A stretch of 63,959 bases of DNA, filler included, from Octopus bimaculoides (GCF_001194135.2; 4 parts of 4 records of this genome joined end to end with filler, not necessarily neighbours in it), one strand, 5' to 3'. Counted from the first letter of the whole stretch, positions 14,419-28,880 are shown. The notes: generated by a model not told the origin, from the sequence alone. Numbers and translations: made by a program.

Positions 14419-15420
14419 TGATGAAGACGCAGCTTGTTTTGCTGGGCATGATGGAAAGTGTCAGCTGTCCACAGCCAGTAGACTAAGGTGACACTTATTT
14501 TACTGGTCATTGCTTCAAGAACCCTGCCAAGAATTCTTTCAGTTCCAAGCAATGCTGATTTTTGTAGGTGTTCTACCTTCGCATTTCCGCCAATCTTCTT
14601 CAGCCATGTTGGTAGTTGAGTGCTGATACTTCCAAAGTCCACCAATTACCTTTGCTATCACGTCTACTCTCCTCATTGACCCTCAACCTTCGTATTTCAC
14701 ATTCCAAAGCGTCGCAGCTGTTCAGTTTTCCTTCTTCTTCCCCTTCGATCCTGTTGTCACTGGGACGTGCTCGGTCGATCATCGCAAGTTGTCCCGTTTC
14801 CGATGACTAGTCAGGTTATCGCATTGAATTATTGCATCCCACGGGATTTTCCGTACTTCTTTCTGAGATTTGCTCATACCTCCGTGTTTACTCTTTGTAA
14901 GCCGTGATTTCCACGGAGCTCTCAATGGATCCTCCTTGCCACACTGTCAGGTCGTCTTTTGGAACCGCGTTCTGCCAATTTCGGGCTTTCGCTAACCATG
15001 TGCCATACCGTTTCACGCCTCTCCCCACGCGTTCTGCATTTGTCGCTGTCGGAAGTAATGTCGATCCTGTACTTCACTTCTTGTGCTGCGCATTTAAGTA
15101 CGATCTTCCGGTTACTCCTCGTCCACTGGTGTTCTGTGTCTGTCTTGGAGTTCTTATCTCTTGCAAACTGACCAAACATTTTTCTCCTTCCAAGTTTTAC
15201 ACAATTCTCAGTTTTAATGACGCCGGACTTCTTCCCATGTTCCAACAATGGTCCCACGATATGTTTTACATAACACCTTCAGCTGTTTTCCTCTGCTTCG
15301 ATACAATCCTGGCAACGGATCAAACCTCTCTCACCCTTTCTTCTGGACAAGTAGAGCCTATCGGTGACACTCTTATGGTGCAAGGCTGGTCAATGGCAAA
15401 CATGATAGAGCGGAAAAGAA
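14400..15420 (-). mobile_element. Degenerate R4/Dong-like (RLE-type) non-LTR retrotransposon 3' fragment with (CTA)/(TAA) tail
   Basis: Frame pieces DRLYLSRRKGERGL, CAAQE...KCR...ETVWHMVSE..KLA...KRR.D.VARRIH, and C-terminal LQKSALLGTERILGRVLEA*. Confidence 0.8.
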
Positions 15421-15578
15421 AATATACTTCAGTTTTTCATTTCACTTTCTTTACGTCCCGAGTTCAAATCCCGCCGCAGACACTTTGTCATTCAACATTC
15501 CAGGTTCACTAAAATAGATACTAGAGAGATTATAAAGGTGGTATTTAATCGCCTGTGACTCTCCCTAACATCCTCTTC

Positions 15579-15618
<40 letters not shown>

Positions 15619-15625
15619 CACATAC

Positions 15626-15666
<41 letters not shown>

Positions 15667-16334
15667 NNNNNNNNNNNNNNNNNNNNNNNNNNNNNNNNNN
15701 NNNNNNNNNNNNNNNNNNNNNNNNNNNNNNNNNNNNNNNNNNNNNNNNNNNNNNNNNNNNNNNNNNNNNNNNNNNNNNNNNNNNNNNNNNNNNNNNNNNN
15801 NNNNNNNNNNNNNNNNNNNNNNNNNNNNNNNNNNNNNNNNNNNNNNNNNNNNNNNNNNNNNNNNNNNNNNNNNNNNNNNNNNNNNNNNNNNNNNNNNNNN
15901 NNNNNNNNNNNNNNNNNNNNNNNNNNNNNNNNNNNNNNNNNNNNNNNNNNNNNNNNNNNNNNNNNNNNNNNNNNNNNNNNNNNNNNNNNNNNNNNNNNNN
16001 NNNNNNNNNNNNNNNNNNNNNNNNNNNNNNNNNNNNNNNNNNNNNNNNNNNNNNNNNNNNNNNNNNNNNNNNNNNNNNNNNNNNNNNNNNNNNNNNNNNN
16101 NNNNNNNNNNNNNNNNNNNNNNNNNNNNNNNNNNNNNNNNNNNNNNNNNNNNNNNNNNNNNNNNNNNNNNNNNNNNNNNNNNNNNNNNNNNNNNNNNNNN
16201 NNNNNNNNNNNNNNNNNNNNNNNNNNNNNNNNNNNNNNNNNNNNNNNNNNNNNNNNNNNNNNNNNNNNNNNNNNNNNNNNNNNNNNNNNNNNNNNNNNNN
16301 NNNNNNNNNNNNNNNNNNNATATATGCATATATG

Positions 16335-16365
<31 letters not shown>

Positions 16366-16739
16366 GTATAAAACCTGGTGTCAGTATCAGACATTAATTC
16401 AGTAGAGGGAGGTAAGTCATCTTCTGGCAATCTGATCACATGACCTACTTTTGAATAATCCGTTTCTTCTTTTTTTTTAATATTTATTTATTATATTTTG
16501 TTTTGTTTTATAATCGTTATTAATAATTCTGGTCTTAATTCGTGAAACCTGATTTTGGTTGAAGGAAACATTCCCAGCATGCCACAGCCAACTGAGTGGA
16601 ACCAATAACAGAGTAAAAGAGTATATAATGGTCTCCCTCATCGACAATCCCAGCATGACCTCTCAGCATGACCTCTGCTGTAATGACTTAAACAGTATAA
16701 AGTACCGAGTATGGTATTGGTCATAGTGCATACAGCTTT

Positions 16740-16920
16740 AACGACGGTGGTGTTAAATTTGATGCAGACGCAGTACATGACTGGTATTCATTTTACAAAC
16801 CTCACACTGATTAAAGGTAAAGTCGACCTCGGTGGAATTTGAACTCAGAACATAGTGACGGGCGAAATAACGCAAAGCATTTGGTCCAGCGTGCTAACGA
16901 TTCTGCCAGCTCGCTGCCTT
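16740..16920 (-). mobile_element. Abundant tRNA-derived SINE (family 'aaggcggcgagctggcagaatcgttagc')
   Basis: Reverse complement of the family seen at 26485 and 58613. Confidence 0.75.
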
Positions 16921-17036
16921 ACTATGATGATGATGATGATGGTGATGACGATGACGACGACGACGATGATGATGTTGATGATGATGACGACGATCATGAT
17001 GACGATGATGAAGAAGACTCATTCCTTTCTGCTCTA

Positions 17037-17227
17037 GTCACAAGGCCTGTAATTTTGCGGGAGGGGCCAGTCGATTAGATCGACCCCAGTACACAACTGG
17101 TACTTAATATATCGACCCCGAAAGGATGAAAGGCAAAGTCGTCCTCGGCGGAATTTGAACTCAGAACGTAAATACCGCAAAGCTTTTTCACCTCTCGTGC
17201 TAACGTTTCTGCCAGCTCGTCGCCTTA
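17037..17227 (-). mobile_element. Same abundant SINE family, second adjacent copy
   Basis: gaccccgaaaggatgaaaggcaaagtcg..cggcggaatttgaactcagaacgt...gctaacg..tctgccagctcgtcgcctt. Confidence 0.75.
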
Positions 17228-17329
17228 CTATGATGGTGGTGGTGGTGGTGACGACAACGACTACGACGATGATGATGACGATGATGAAGAACTCGAAGTA
17301 ACAGAAGGACTCATTATGACTGCTCAGAA

Positions 17330-17915
17330 CCCAGTCATTGTGGACGAATATCATTAACGCCAAAATTGGACCAATCCGTGGAAAGAGCAAAGTTCAGAGG
17401 GTGTAAATGAGAAAGAGGAATCCGTCATGCACGCAATAAGTTCCTGCAGTCGTTTGGCACAGAAGGAATCTAGACGCAGATAAGACTGTGTGACAAAGGC
17501 ATTGCACTGGGACATATTACGGCAAAAGAGGATTTAAAGTAGGAAGAAGAAAATGGTTTCAGCATCAACCAGAAAGTGTAAGAGAGAACGACTAGCAAAA
17601 GATCGTATGGGATTTTAATATACAGCCTGATAACGAACTTCATGCAAAGCGACCGGATATTGTGGTTCTGGACACAGGGAAAAATAGTGTGTGTCATCAT
17701 AGATTCTACGGACATGAATGTAGCGGTCAAAGAAGAGGAGAAAACAAGGAAATACCAGGATTTGGTCAAGGAAATGCGAAAGCTGTCAAGGGTTTCTACA
17801 AAAGTAATCCCAGTTGTTTTGGTGGCGATATCAGAAGGCACACTTAAATACTATGGCCAAATACTAGGAACCCCCAAGGTATCAGAACTACAAAACAGGA
17901 CCAGTGTTCCTTAGA
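17330..17915 (+). mobile_element. Degenerate R4/Dong-like LINE fragment: CCHC knuckle and RLE endonuclease region
   Basis: Pieces EKEESVMHAISSCSRLAQKE, KALHWDIL, KRPDIVVLD...VIIDS...EEEKTRKYQDL...VIPVV (PD..D-type RLE motif). Confidence 0.8.
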
Positions 17916-19035
17916 ATTTGTACCTGTTAAATTCAAAGATTCGTTCCATTCCACTTACAGGTATTGCTATGTTGCTGTATCGGAGACTAGCAGAAAGAAG
18001 GAGAAAACAAACCCTAAAGCCGTTACACAGAATCACTTACGATGTAACTTGACATATGTAACAGCTTTTTACATTCAAATAAGAGACATCTTGGTTTCAG
18101 GAGAAATTAAATGACTTCCTCCGTCACCTAATTTAACGCCACCTCCCACATTCCGTTGAATATCTTCAGTGGATTTCATTCAGACCAAATCTCCAGACGG
18201 AGGATATTTTCCGCTTTTACTCCGAGTAGTCGCAGGGGCAGCCACCCCCATAAAGGGGTCAGGGTGTTGCCCTTTCTCCTCTGATTTAGTGATTAACAAA
18301 AAAAAAAAAAGAAAGAAATTCCTGAAAATGAGATGAAACCACGTGACCGGATAAATGAAATCTTCCTGGTGTGAAGTGAACGCACATGCTAGGTGTCCGC
18401 CGCTCGTTAATCCAACCGGATATCACATCTCTCCCTCTACACTGATGAGCACGTGTCTTACTTCTTCACTTCCGTCGGGCACACGCATACAGAAATATGC
18501 CCTTACACACGCATATATGTGTGTGTATATATGTACATATACATGTGTGTATATNNNNNNNNNNNNNNNNNNNNNNNNNNNNNNNNNNNNNNNNNNNNNN
18601 NNNNNNNNNNNNNNNNNNNNNNNNNNNNNNNNNNNNNNNNNNNNNNNNNNNNNNNNNNNNNNNNNNNNNNNNNNNNNNNNNNNGATCTTATATATATACG
18701 CAAACATATATAAACGAATCCATAAACACGCATATATACATATACACACTCACACACACAAACACGTGTGTGTGTGTGTGCACGCGTGTATATAAACACA
18801 AACATACGCATAAAGCCATGCATACACACCGTTCAGACAGATGTACAAACACATGCATAAACACAAACGTACATGCACACACACACACACGTATACAGAA
18901 ATACACTCATATAAACATACACACAGCATACATAAATATACACACCTATAAAAACACCCGTGTGTATAACATGCGGATAAGGCATAGATATATATATATA
19001 TTTATAAACACACACGTACACACAAATACATGAAT

Positions 19036-19067
<32 letters not shown>

Positions 19068-19133
19068 ATATAGATAAATACAAATATTAGCACACATACA
19101 TAGACACACTCACTACATAAGCAGGCACATATA

Positions 19134-19350
19134 CAGTAATCCTTCGCCATATCGCGGTTCACCTATCGCGGTTTATTATTTGATCTTACGTCGATTCCTC
19201 CGTGATGTTGCTTCGCATTTATAATAAGATAAATATATACAAATTATAGAAATAATAATAATAAATATACAGTTCTGTTTCTACTTCGCGGATTTTCACA
19301 TATCGCGGGGTTTTGGGACCGTAACACCCGCGATAGTCGAGGGATTACTG
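19134..19350. mobile_element. pogo/Tigger-like MITE, 217 bp, TA target duplication
   Basis: TIRs cagtaatccttcgccatatcgcg and cgcgatagtcgagggattactg, flanked by TA on both sides. Confidence 0.75.
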
Positions 19351-19636
19351 TACATACACACTAATGCACTCATTCGCACACATGTACCCACCAAAACACA
19401 CACCAACATACACAAACATACACACGTATCACAAAACACACAAATACACATACATACACATACTCGAGAAGATGCACATGCACACAAATACACACACGCA
19501 CAAACACACATACACACATATGTATGTATACATATATATATGTACCAACATATACGCACACATACACACCAACACGCACACATACATCAGCGCACAGGCA
19601 CACACATCAACACACACACGCACACTCATATACCCG

Positions 19637-19670
<34 letters not shown>

Positions 19671-21121
19671 AACATCTGTGTAAGTAAAGGTAAAAAGAAA
19701 ACATAACAACAACAAAATCAACAAAACAAATCTGGAAATAATTAAAGTGAAAAAAAACGGAAATTATGGAGATTGGTGAGCGGAAGAGGAGAGGGCGGAG
19801 GAAGAGGAGGAAAGAAGAAGATACAGCCTCGTTTTCTTCCCTTTTNNNNNNNNNNNNNNNNNNNNNNNNNNNNNNNNNNNNNNNNNNNNNNNNNNNNNNN
19901 NNNNNNNNNNNNNNNNNNNNNNNNNNNNNNNNNNNNNNNNNNNNNNNNNNNNNNNNNNNNNNNNNNNNNNNNNNNNNNNNNNNNNNNNNNNNNNNNNNNN
20001 NNNNNNNNNNNNNNNNNNNNNNNNNNNNNNNNNNNNNNNNNNNNNNNNNNNNNNNNNNNNNNNNNNNNNNNNNNNNNNNNNNNNNNNNNNNNNNNNNNNN
20101 NNNNNNNNNNNNNNNNNNNNNNNNNNNNNNNNNNNNNNNNNNNNNNNNNNNNNNNNNNNNNNNNNNNNNNNNNNNNNNNNNNNNNNNNNNNNNNNNNNNN
20201 NNNNNNNNNNNNNNNNNNNNNNNNNNNNNNNNNNNNNNNNNNNNNNNNNNNNNNNNNNNNNNNNNNNNNNNNNNNNNNNNNNNNNNNNNNNNNNNNNNNN
20301 NNNNNNNNNNNNNNNNNNNNNNNNNNNNNNNNNNNNNNNNNNNNNNNNNNNNNNNNNNNNNNNNNNNNNNNNNNNNNNNNNNNNNNNNNNNNNNNNNNNN
20401 NNNNNNNNNNNNNNNNNNNNNNNNNNNNNNNNNNNNNNNNNNNNNNNNNNNNNNNNNNNNNNNNNNNNNNNNNNNNNNNNNNNNNNNNNNNNNNNNNNNN
20501 NNNNNNNNNNNNNNNNNNNNNNNNNNNNNNNNNNNNNNNNNNNNNNNNNNNNNNNNNNNNNNNNNNNNNNNNNNNNNNNNNNNNNNNNNNNNNNNNNNNN
20601 NNNNNNNNNNNNNNNNNNNNNNNNNNNNNNNNNNNNNNNNNNNNNNNNNNNNNNNNNNNNNNNNNNNNNNNNNNNNNNNNNNNNGGTGGTGGTGGTGGTG
20701 GTGGCGGTGGTATAGTAGTAGACATAACAGTGTTGGCAGTGGTTTTGTCAGCGGCCATTGTCGTGTAGGCCAGAGCAACAGATCGAGTGGTGATGTGTGG
20801 AGTCCGTTGTCTAATAAAATTGGTCTTTGCGATGTTGGTTGGAACCTGACAGTTCCAGACTAATCTATCTGACCAAGATTTCAGCCGGTTTTAGAAAGAC
20901 AGACAGACAGACAGACCCTCTACTGCGCATGTGCAGCAGAACCTGATAAACATATCAATATTCGGGTCAACGTTCTTGATGGATGGTTCCTCTCATTTGC
21001 AAACAGGAAGATAACTAGCGATCGTTTATGATGAAGAAGGAAACATGGGAAGGAAATGGTGTTTGCGAATGAAAAAGATACGGAGATGGAATATGTACGT
21101 GCGTGTGAGTGTATATATGCA

Positions 21122-21191
<70 letters not shown>

Positions 21192-21420
21192 TATACACAT
21201 ATATACGTATACACATATATATACACACCATATACATGCATATATATGTATGTATATGCTTATATGCAGATGGGTGTATTTATATGCATATGTGCGCATG
21301 TTTTTGTATATGTACACATATTTATATTTATACGTGCGAGTGTGTGTGTTTACATATATAAATATATATACATGCGTGTACACGTGTATGTGTATATGTG
21401 TACATACATATAAATATATT

Positions 21421-21463
<43 letters not shown>

Positions 21464-21597
21464 GAATATAAATATATAAATAAAATATGAATATATATGT
21501 ATGTGTGTGTATGTGTATATATACACACAAATACGAACAAAACTATGTCGGATATATAGAAAGAATAAATCAATGAAAGTATGGAAGAAAGATATAT

Positions 21598-21635
<38 letters not shown>

Positions 21636-22338
21636 GAAAAAAGAAAGAAAAGAGGAAGAAAACAAAGAAACGAGGAAGATAAGAGGATAAGAGTCATTCA
21701 CAGTTTTCTGAATGAAATAACGACCATTATGTCGCCTGTTCCATTATTTGCAACAGAGAGCAAGATGGCGGTTTTATAGAAGAAATAACAAGAAAATGAC
21801 ATCACTGTGTGTGGTGGTGGTGGTGGTGGGGTTATAAAGAGAGAGAGGGGGTAAATAGAGAGGAGGAGGGGGAAGAGAGTGGAGGGGTAGATACACAGAC
21901 AGACAGGTAGAGAGATGCAGAGATAGATAAAAGAATTGAGACAATGACTAAATAATATGCATTACATGACTACATCTTATAACAATTGTCTTGTATGACG
22001 TGTNNNNNNNNNNNNNNNNNNNNNNNNNNNNNNNNNNNNNNNNNNNNNNNNNNNNNNNNNNNNNNNNNNNNNNNNNNNNNNNNNNNNNNNNNNNNNNNNN
22101 NNNNNNNNNNNNNNNNNNNNNNNNNNNNNNNNNNNNNNNNNNNNNNNNNNNNNNNNNNNNNNNNNNNNNNNNNNNNNNNNNNNNNNNNNNNNNNNNNNNN
22201 NNNNNNNNNNNNNNNNNNNNNNNNNNNNNNNNNNNNNNNNNNNNNNNNNNNNNNNNNNNNNNNNNNNNNNNNNNNNNNNNNNNNNNNNNNNNNNNNNNNN
22301 NNNNNNNNNNNNNNNNNNNNNNNNNNNNNNNNNNNNNN

Positions 22339-22382
<44 letters not shown>

Positions 22383-23084
22383 TAAGTGAGCTCGTGAGTG
22401 GGGATACGTGTTCCGTGTAGGAAGTCTTTTCATTATGAATATAAATATCTTCGTGATTGTATGCATGTAGAGAAATGTAGGTGGGTGAATGGGCTTTTCA
22501 TTTGTCCGTCACTTGGTATGTATAATTACCCCATGTACATGTATATACTCACACATAGTATATAGACATATATGCATATATATTCTTACAAAAACACATG
22601 TATATGTGCTTATGAAGGTATATATGTATGTGTGTAAATATATACATGCGTGTGTATGTATGTGCATATATACATAGATATGCGTACATATATATATATA
22701 TATATATATGCGTGTGTATGTGCATATATATAGATATATATAAACGTATATATATATATGTTTATATGTATATGTATATATATATAAATGTACATATATA
22801 TACATACATAAAGATGTGTTTAACATTTATGTACATGCAAATATAGAACAACACTAGCTGTAATACTGTGCCTCAAAAACTAATCTAAAGAAACTGTGTG
22901 TTAAAAGCACAAAGGTTGCTCGAAAGGATATCAGCATATTAACAGACTTGATTTGGACGTTTCGACTTGATTTAGACTCCTCAGTGCCGAATACACCCGG
23001 TCAGTTTGAGCTAAGTCGGAAATTCCGTCCCAGTATAGAATTCACTGAACAGGCATTCATTGACCTGTTTGTTTGCTATATTAG

Positions 23085-23289
23085 TTTCAAATTTTGGCCA
23101 GCAATTTCGGGCTAGAGGTAAGTTAATTACATCGACCCCAGTACACAACTGTTATTTATTTTATAGATCCCAAAGGGATCAAAGACAAAGTCGACCGCTG
23201 CTGAATCTGAGCACAAAACGTAAAGACAGACGGAATGCCACTAAGCATTTGGTCTGGTGTTCTAAAGATTCCGCCAGCTCGTCGCCTTA
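23085..23289 (-). mobile_element. Abundant SINE family copy
   Basis: atcgaccccagtac...caaagtcgacc...gattccgccagctcgtcgcctt. Confidence 0.65.
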
Positions 23290-24406
23290 ACATCGTGTGT
23301 TATATTAACAACGTTTGTCAGATATATTTACATCTACTTTGACATTAGGGGACGCCGCTGCCATTTCATCACCGCCACATAACCATCGTACTCACCCCCC
23401 CCCNNNNNNNNNNNNNNNNNNNNNNNNNNNNNNNNNNNNNNNNNNNNNNNNNNNNNNNNNNNNNNNNNNNNNNNNNNNNNNNNNNNNNNNNNNNNNNNNN
23501 NNNNNNNNNNNNNNNNNNNNNNNNNNNNNNNNNNNNNNNNNNNNNNNNNNNNNNNNNNNNNNNNNNNNNNNNNNNNNNNNNNNNNNNNNNNNNNNNNNNN
23601 NNNNNNNNNNNNNNNNNNNNNNNNNNNNNNNNNNNNNNNNNNNNNNNNNNNNNNNNNNNNNNNNNNNNNNNNNNNNNNNNNNNNNNNNNNNNNNNNNNNN
23701 NNNNNNNNNNNNNNNNNNNNNNNNNNNNNNNNNNNNNNNNNNNNNNNNNNNNNNNNNNNNNNNNNNNNNNNNNNNNNNNNNNNNNNNNNNNNNNNNNNNN
23801 NNNNNNNNNNNNNNNNNNNNNNNNNNNNNNNNNNNNNNNNNNNNNNNNNNNNNNNNNNNNNNNNNNNNNNNNNNNNNNNNNNNNNNNNNNNNNNNNNNNN
23901 NNNNNNNNNNNNNNNNNNNNNNNNNNNNNNNNNNNNNNNNNNNNNNNNNNNNNNNNNNNNNNNNNNNNNNNNNNNNNNNNNNNNNNNNNNNNNNNNNNNN
24001 NNNNNNNNNNNNNNNNNNNNNNNNNNNNNNNNNNNNNNNNNNNNNNNNNNNNNNNNNNNNNNNNNNNNNNNNNNNNNNNNNNNNNNNNNNNNNNNNNNNN
24101 NNNNNNNNNNNNNNNNNNNNNNNNNNNNNNNNNNNNNNNNNNNNNNNNNNNNNNNNNNNNNNNNNNNNNNNNNNNNNNNNNNNNNNNNNNNNNNNNNNNN
24201 NNNNNNNNNNNNNNNNNNNNNNNNNNNNNNNNNNNGGGTATGGTATGTGATAAGTAGTTGTGTTTAAAAATGTATTCTTGAGTTCGGAGGTGTGACTTGT
24301 TAGTAGTTATATCTGGACATGGAGATAGAGGGAGGGTGAGGGTGGAGGTAAAAATACGGAGGGAGAAAGGGAGAGGGAAAAATGGATGCGTGTGTGTGTG
24401 TGTGTG

Positions 24407-24492
<86 letters not shown>

Positions 24493-25329
24493 CACGCACG
24501 CATGCACGCGCACACACACACACATGAAACACACACACACATGTATATATACATCGAGAGGGATAGAGGAGAGAGAGAACGTGTGTGAGTGTGTGTGGGG
24601 AGGGAAGAAGTGGCATGGCGACAGAGTCTTCGTATCATAGAAGGTCTTTTGTTTTTAATCTTCTATTTTTGATTCTAGAATTTTTCATGTTTCGATAAGA
24701 CACAATAAAGTCAGGCCATTGTCCTAACTACAACCTTAGCTTCAACAAAACGCTTACACTAAATTCTTTAACACAAACACAGACACAACCCAAACACAAG
24801 CCATGCTATGACACAAATCTCTCTCAAAAATTCTATCGTCTCATCCCTAATGTAACCCCAAGACTCGTACGAACGAAAACCCATAATCTTACACCTAATA
24901 CAAACAAACCCCAACTTTAACACAAACTAAGGTACAATTATAAATCATGAGGGGTACTTGCGGAATGGCCGAGGCTTATGAACGTTCGTATTTCGATTTT
25001 GAAACATAAACATATAAATCTTCATTACTTTGCTTTAAGATAACGATTTTTGTCCCTGGTTTCCAGCTGAAAGTGTTGCATTCAAGTTTGTTTCATTTTG
25101 TCAAAGATCCCGATTATGTCTCCGATCGCTGACGAAATTCTACCACAGGACTGAAACCAGTTCGGCAGATTCCTTTTTTTTTCTTCTTACTATACATAAA
25201 GATATAGAAAATAATGACATGGTGTTTCTGGTTGAATGGTAAAGCAGTTTATTTTGCAACCACGAGAATCGGGTTTCAATGTTTGTGGATGAAACCGAGC
25301 GAACAGGAACTATATAGAAACCCTTGGAG

Positions 25330-25505
25330 AGATTGTAATTTATAGGTACCACCTTGTCACACACACTGTGTCGCTTTGGGAACTGCATTAAGGTTGCATG
25401 TGTCTGTGGAATACTCAACTGCTTTCGTGGTCGCTCAATGAGAATGTGATTCGGTTGATGGAACAACTGAAACTTCATCATTGAAACCGACGAAGATCCA
25501 TCTAT
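25330..25505 (+). mobile_element. SINE 3' body fragment (shared with 46744-46880 and 181-340)
   Basis: ccttgtcacacacactgtgtcgc...gtctgtggaatactcaac...gttgatggaacaactgaaacttcatc, diverged. Confidence 0.55.
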
Positions 25506-26019
25506 ATACACAGAGTTCGCAAAATATTTGTAGATATATTCTATGGAAACATGATTGAAACAAAACACGTTTAATTTAGTCATTGAAGTGTCAGCTAAGA
25601 ATGCGTTACATATGCAAATTGGTACATCCAGTTTTCTGAAGCCTTCGGTAAGAGAGTAATGTTTCGTTGTTGAAATCTCAAGCAAAAACACAGAGTTTTT
25701 ACTCAACATGAACACACAGGATCACAATGTTGAATACAACTCTACATACACATATAATCAAATATATTTGAATACGAGACGTAAGGGAGTAAAAAGTGCT
25801 AGTGGCAGAACGAGAAGGTCAATGAAAAGGTCAAAGCTGTGAAGCAAAAGACTTCGATAAACCGATGTTTAATTAATTAATTAATAACTTAATTAACGAA
25901 ATGAACTACATCCAGTATGTGTGTTATTATTGGCATAACGACCCTTCCCAGTACAACAATATCTGTTTCAACACACGATCTCACATTAAGAATCTTTCGA
26001 AATAAATACAAAGATGACA

Positions 26020-26053
<34 letters not shown>

Positions 26054-26399
26054 TATGTATATGTAGGCATATCCCTTTCCCTTCGTCTATGCCTTTCTCC
26101 TTAAGTCATTTCAAAACATTTAATCACATTTGCCATAATTAACGAATCCATTTTAAATAAGTTCACTAATGACTTTAAGCATTTTAAAACATTTCGCTTT
26201 CATTTAATATTATTTTAAGCGAGTCAAATCCCAAAAGGATTTCAATAATCGCCTGACACCAACACTTTCTTCTTTATTTTACACCTTCAAATACCTCTTC
26301 TTACCCGTCACCACTGCCTCTATACTCCTTTTCTTTATTATCATTGTTTTGTTTTGTTGCTGTTGCTGTTACTGTTGTTGTTGTTGTTGTTTAGAAAGG

Positions 26400-26473
<74 letters not shown>

Positions 26474-26484
26474 CATCGTTATCT

Positions 26485-26700
26485 AAGGCGGGGCGAGCTG
26501 GCAGAATCGTTTGCACGCCGGGCGAAATGCTTAACGGTATTTCGTTTGTCTTTTTATGTTCTGAGTCCAAATTCCGTCGAGGTCGACATTATTTTTCATC
26601 TTTTCAGGGTCGATAAATTAAGTACCTGTGAAACACTGGGGTCGATGAAATCTACGAGTTTCCTTCCCCAAAAATTTCAGGCCTTGTGCCTTTAGTAGAA
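26485..26700 (+). mobile_element. Abundant SINE family copy between (TAT)n runs
   Basis: aaggcggggcgagctggcagaatcgtt...gagtccaaattccgtcgaggtcgac...gggtcgataaattaagtacc. Confidence 0.75.
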
Positions 26701-26704
26701 AGTA

Positions 26705-26900
26705 TTATTATTATTATTTCTCTTTATCACAGGTTTTGTTTGAGTTTCTGGAGCCTTGCATGCGTAGCGGGGGCTTGCTACCTGCAGCCCACGGTACCAT
26801 GCTATCCGCCTTTTTCAGCTCTCTAATACTCTCCTGATTATTCTGGCCGTACCAAGGAGGCAAACCTTTTGTAACAGTTCCACTGGGCTATTTTTTATTA
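26705..26900 (-). mobile_element. R4/Dong-like LINE extreme 3' end with (AAT)n tail
   Basis: Minus frame VELLQKVCLLGTARIIRRVLES*, then a short UTR and AAT repeats. Confidence 0.7.
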
Positions 26901-27190
26901 TTACCTCCGCCTTCTCTAAGGCTGAGGTATTATTTTCAGTCGTGTTTGTTTGTTTTTTCCGTAGACAAGATATCTCAAGAACCGCTGGATGGATTCGGAT
27001 CTCGTGACTGGCACGAACCAATTAGATTTTGGGATCGATCCGGTATCAAACAAGGATTCTGGATTATTTTTCCGGTTGTTTTACTTAATTTTTGAGAGTG
27101 GTTGGGTTCATTTTTAATATTCTCGTTTGTGAGAGCAGTCGAGTTCATTTCAGAGATTCTCATTTTAAAAATCATTTCTGGCTGATTGTT
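26890..27190. mobile_element. Possible Helentron/HINE-like non-autonomous element
   Basis: ttacctccgcc..aaggctgaggta hairpin, tgtttgtttg microsatellite, then aagatatctcaagaaccgctggatggatt. Architecture recognised from memory only. Confidence 0.4.
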
Positions 27191-27363
27191 GAGAAGACGT
27201 TGCGTACATATGATCTATGTCCGATACACCATGTAAATGGTGTACCTATTATAAACCATTTAGTATATATTCGCAACATGTAGCAGCGTTGCTCAAAGTC
27301 TTTTGTAGATCGACTAAAGCCTTCGTATACATGAGCTCTCGCACACACACACACACACACACG

Positions 27364-27429
<66 letters not shown>

Positions 27430-28294
27430 AATACATATATACACAAATACATATATACACACACTTACATGCTCCACGTATACATACGTACACATTCTGT
27501 CCAAATAACCTGCAAGGAGTCGGGTTAACTTCTGAATAACAGTGAACTGGATCAGGAGGAATATGAAAGTATAGAATCGCGTGTGTGCGTGTGTGTGTGT
27601 GTGTGTGTGCGTGTGTGTGCGTGTGTGTGTTGAGTGTATATTTTGTGTCTGTTGACTATATACACCGAGTACGACCTCCCCCACCCCCATCCTTCCACCC
27701 GTTTCTATCCATCTGATATCTTTGTTTCGAACCAGCTACCACACTGCGATAACACTCAGATAAGGAACGAAGACCTCTTGGCCTGCCATGCTTTTAGGTC
27801 TGCGACAACAACAACAACTACAACTATTGATACTATTACGACTGCTGCTGCCGCTGCTGCTGCCGCTGTTGCTGCTAATACTAATACTACTACAGCAAAA
27901 TCAAGTTCAACAACGATTATTGTTATAGCCATCAGTAAGCACACGCCAATATCACCATCATCACCACCACCACGATAACCACCATCACCACCATTATCAC
28001 CATCACCATCATCACCATAACCACCACAACCACCACCATCACCATCACCACCATTACTGCCACCACCACCACCACTACCATTACCGCCATCACCACCAAC
28101 ACCACTGCTACCAGCGCAACCTCATTACACGACCACCGCCACTAATTCCTCCACCGCGACACGCTGCCAATTCCACTATCATGAACACCACTACCATCAA
28201 TACGAAGAAGGGGTATGGCCACGGCTGGCATGTCTGATTAATTAGACTGGTCTACGGCTAAACAGCCGCACCAGCGATACCTCCCTCGAGCAAC

Positions 28295-28414
28295 AAGAAG
28301 AAGAAGAAGAAGAAGAAGAAGAAGAAGAAGAAGAAGAAGAAGAAGAAGAAGAAGAAGAAGAAGAAGAAGAAGAAGAAGAAGAAGAAGAAGAAGAAGAAGA
28401 AGAAGAAGAAGAAG
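28295..28414. repeat. Pure (AAG)40 trinucleotide tract
   Basis: Direct count, 120 bp. Confidence 0.95.
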
Positions 28415-28824
28415 AGGAGGAGGAGGAGGTTTCAGGGGGTGTAAAGGGAGGGGTAAAAGAAGAAGAGGTTTGCTACTCATTACCCAGTAACACAGAGATA
28501 ACGGACTGGACAACAACAACAACGACCACAACAGCCACGGCTACAAAGCATCTGTCTGTACCACCATCATCGGCTACGGTCACCACAAACCTCACCAACA
28601 CATCGCCGCAGCTACCACAACCACCATACCTCCACCCCCGCCATCACCGCCACCAAAATGTAAGACGGTGGAAGTTTAAGGTGGAGTGTGACAGGACAGA
28701 TGTTGGTTTGGTGGTTCACTTGGTGTGAGTAGAAGTGGTAGGAGATGAGAGTGAGGAGGTGGGAGGTCGATGAGGTAAAGAGTAAGAAAGACAGAGAGAA
28801 ACAAAGGAGGAATAGAAGAGATAT

Positions 28825-28880
<56 letters not shown>

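Noticed and set aside
20831-20863. DVGWNLTVPD resembles the GH38 HxDDVGWLKT motif
   Set aside because: Preceded by KIGLC rather than HxH, followed at once by a stop, with no splice sites; chance match.
21760-21805. CAAGATGGCGG (YY1-like or start-codon context) with TGACATCA
   Set aside because: The ATG is followed by a stop after 4 codons; the isolated short motifs are not sufficient evidence.
22956-22984. Minus-strand CTGAGGA...GAAACGTC
   Set aside because: No stem I, poor stem II; better explained by a short gacttgattt duplication.
25129-25165. CTGACGA...GAAAC hammerhead-like spacing
   Set aside because: Stem II is mismatched and stem I has only about 3 weak pairs.
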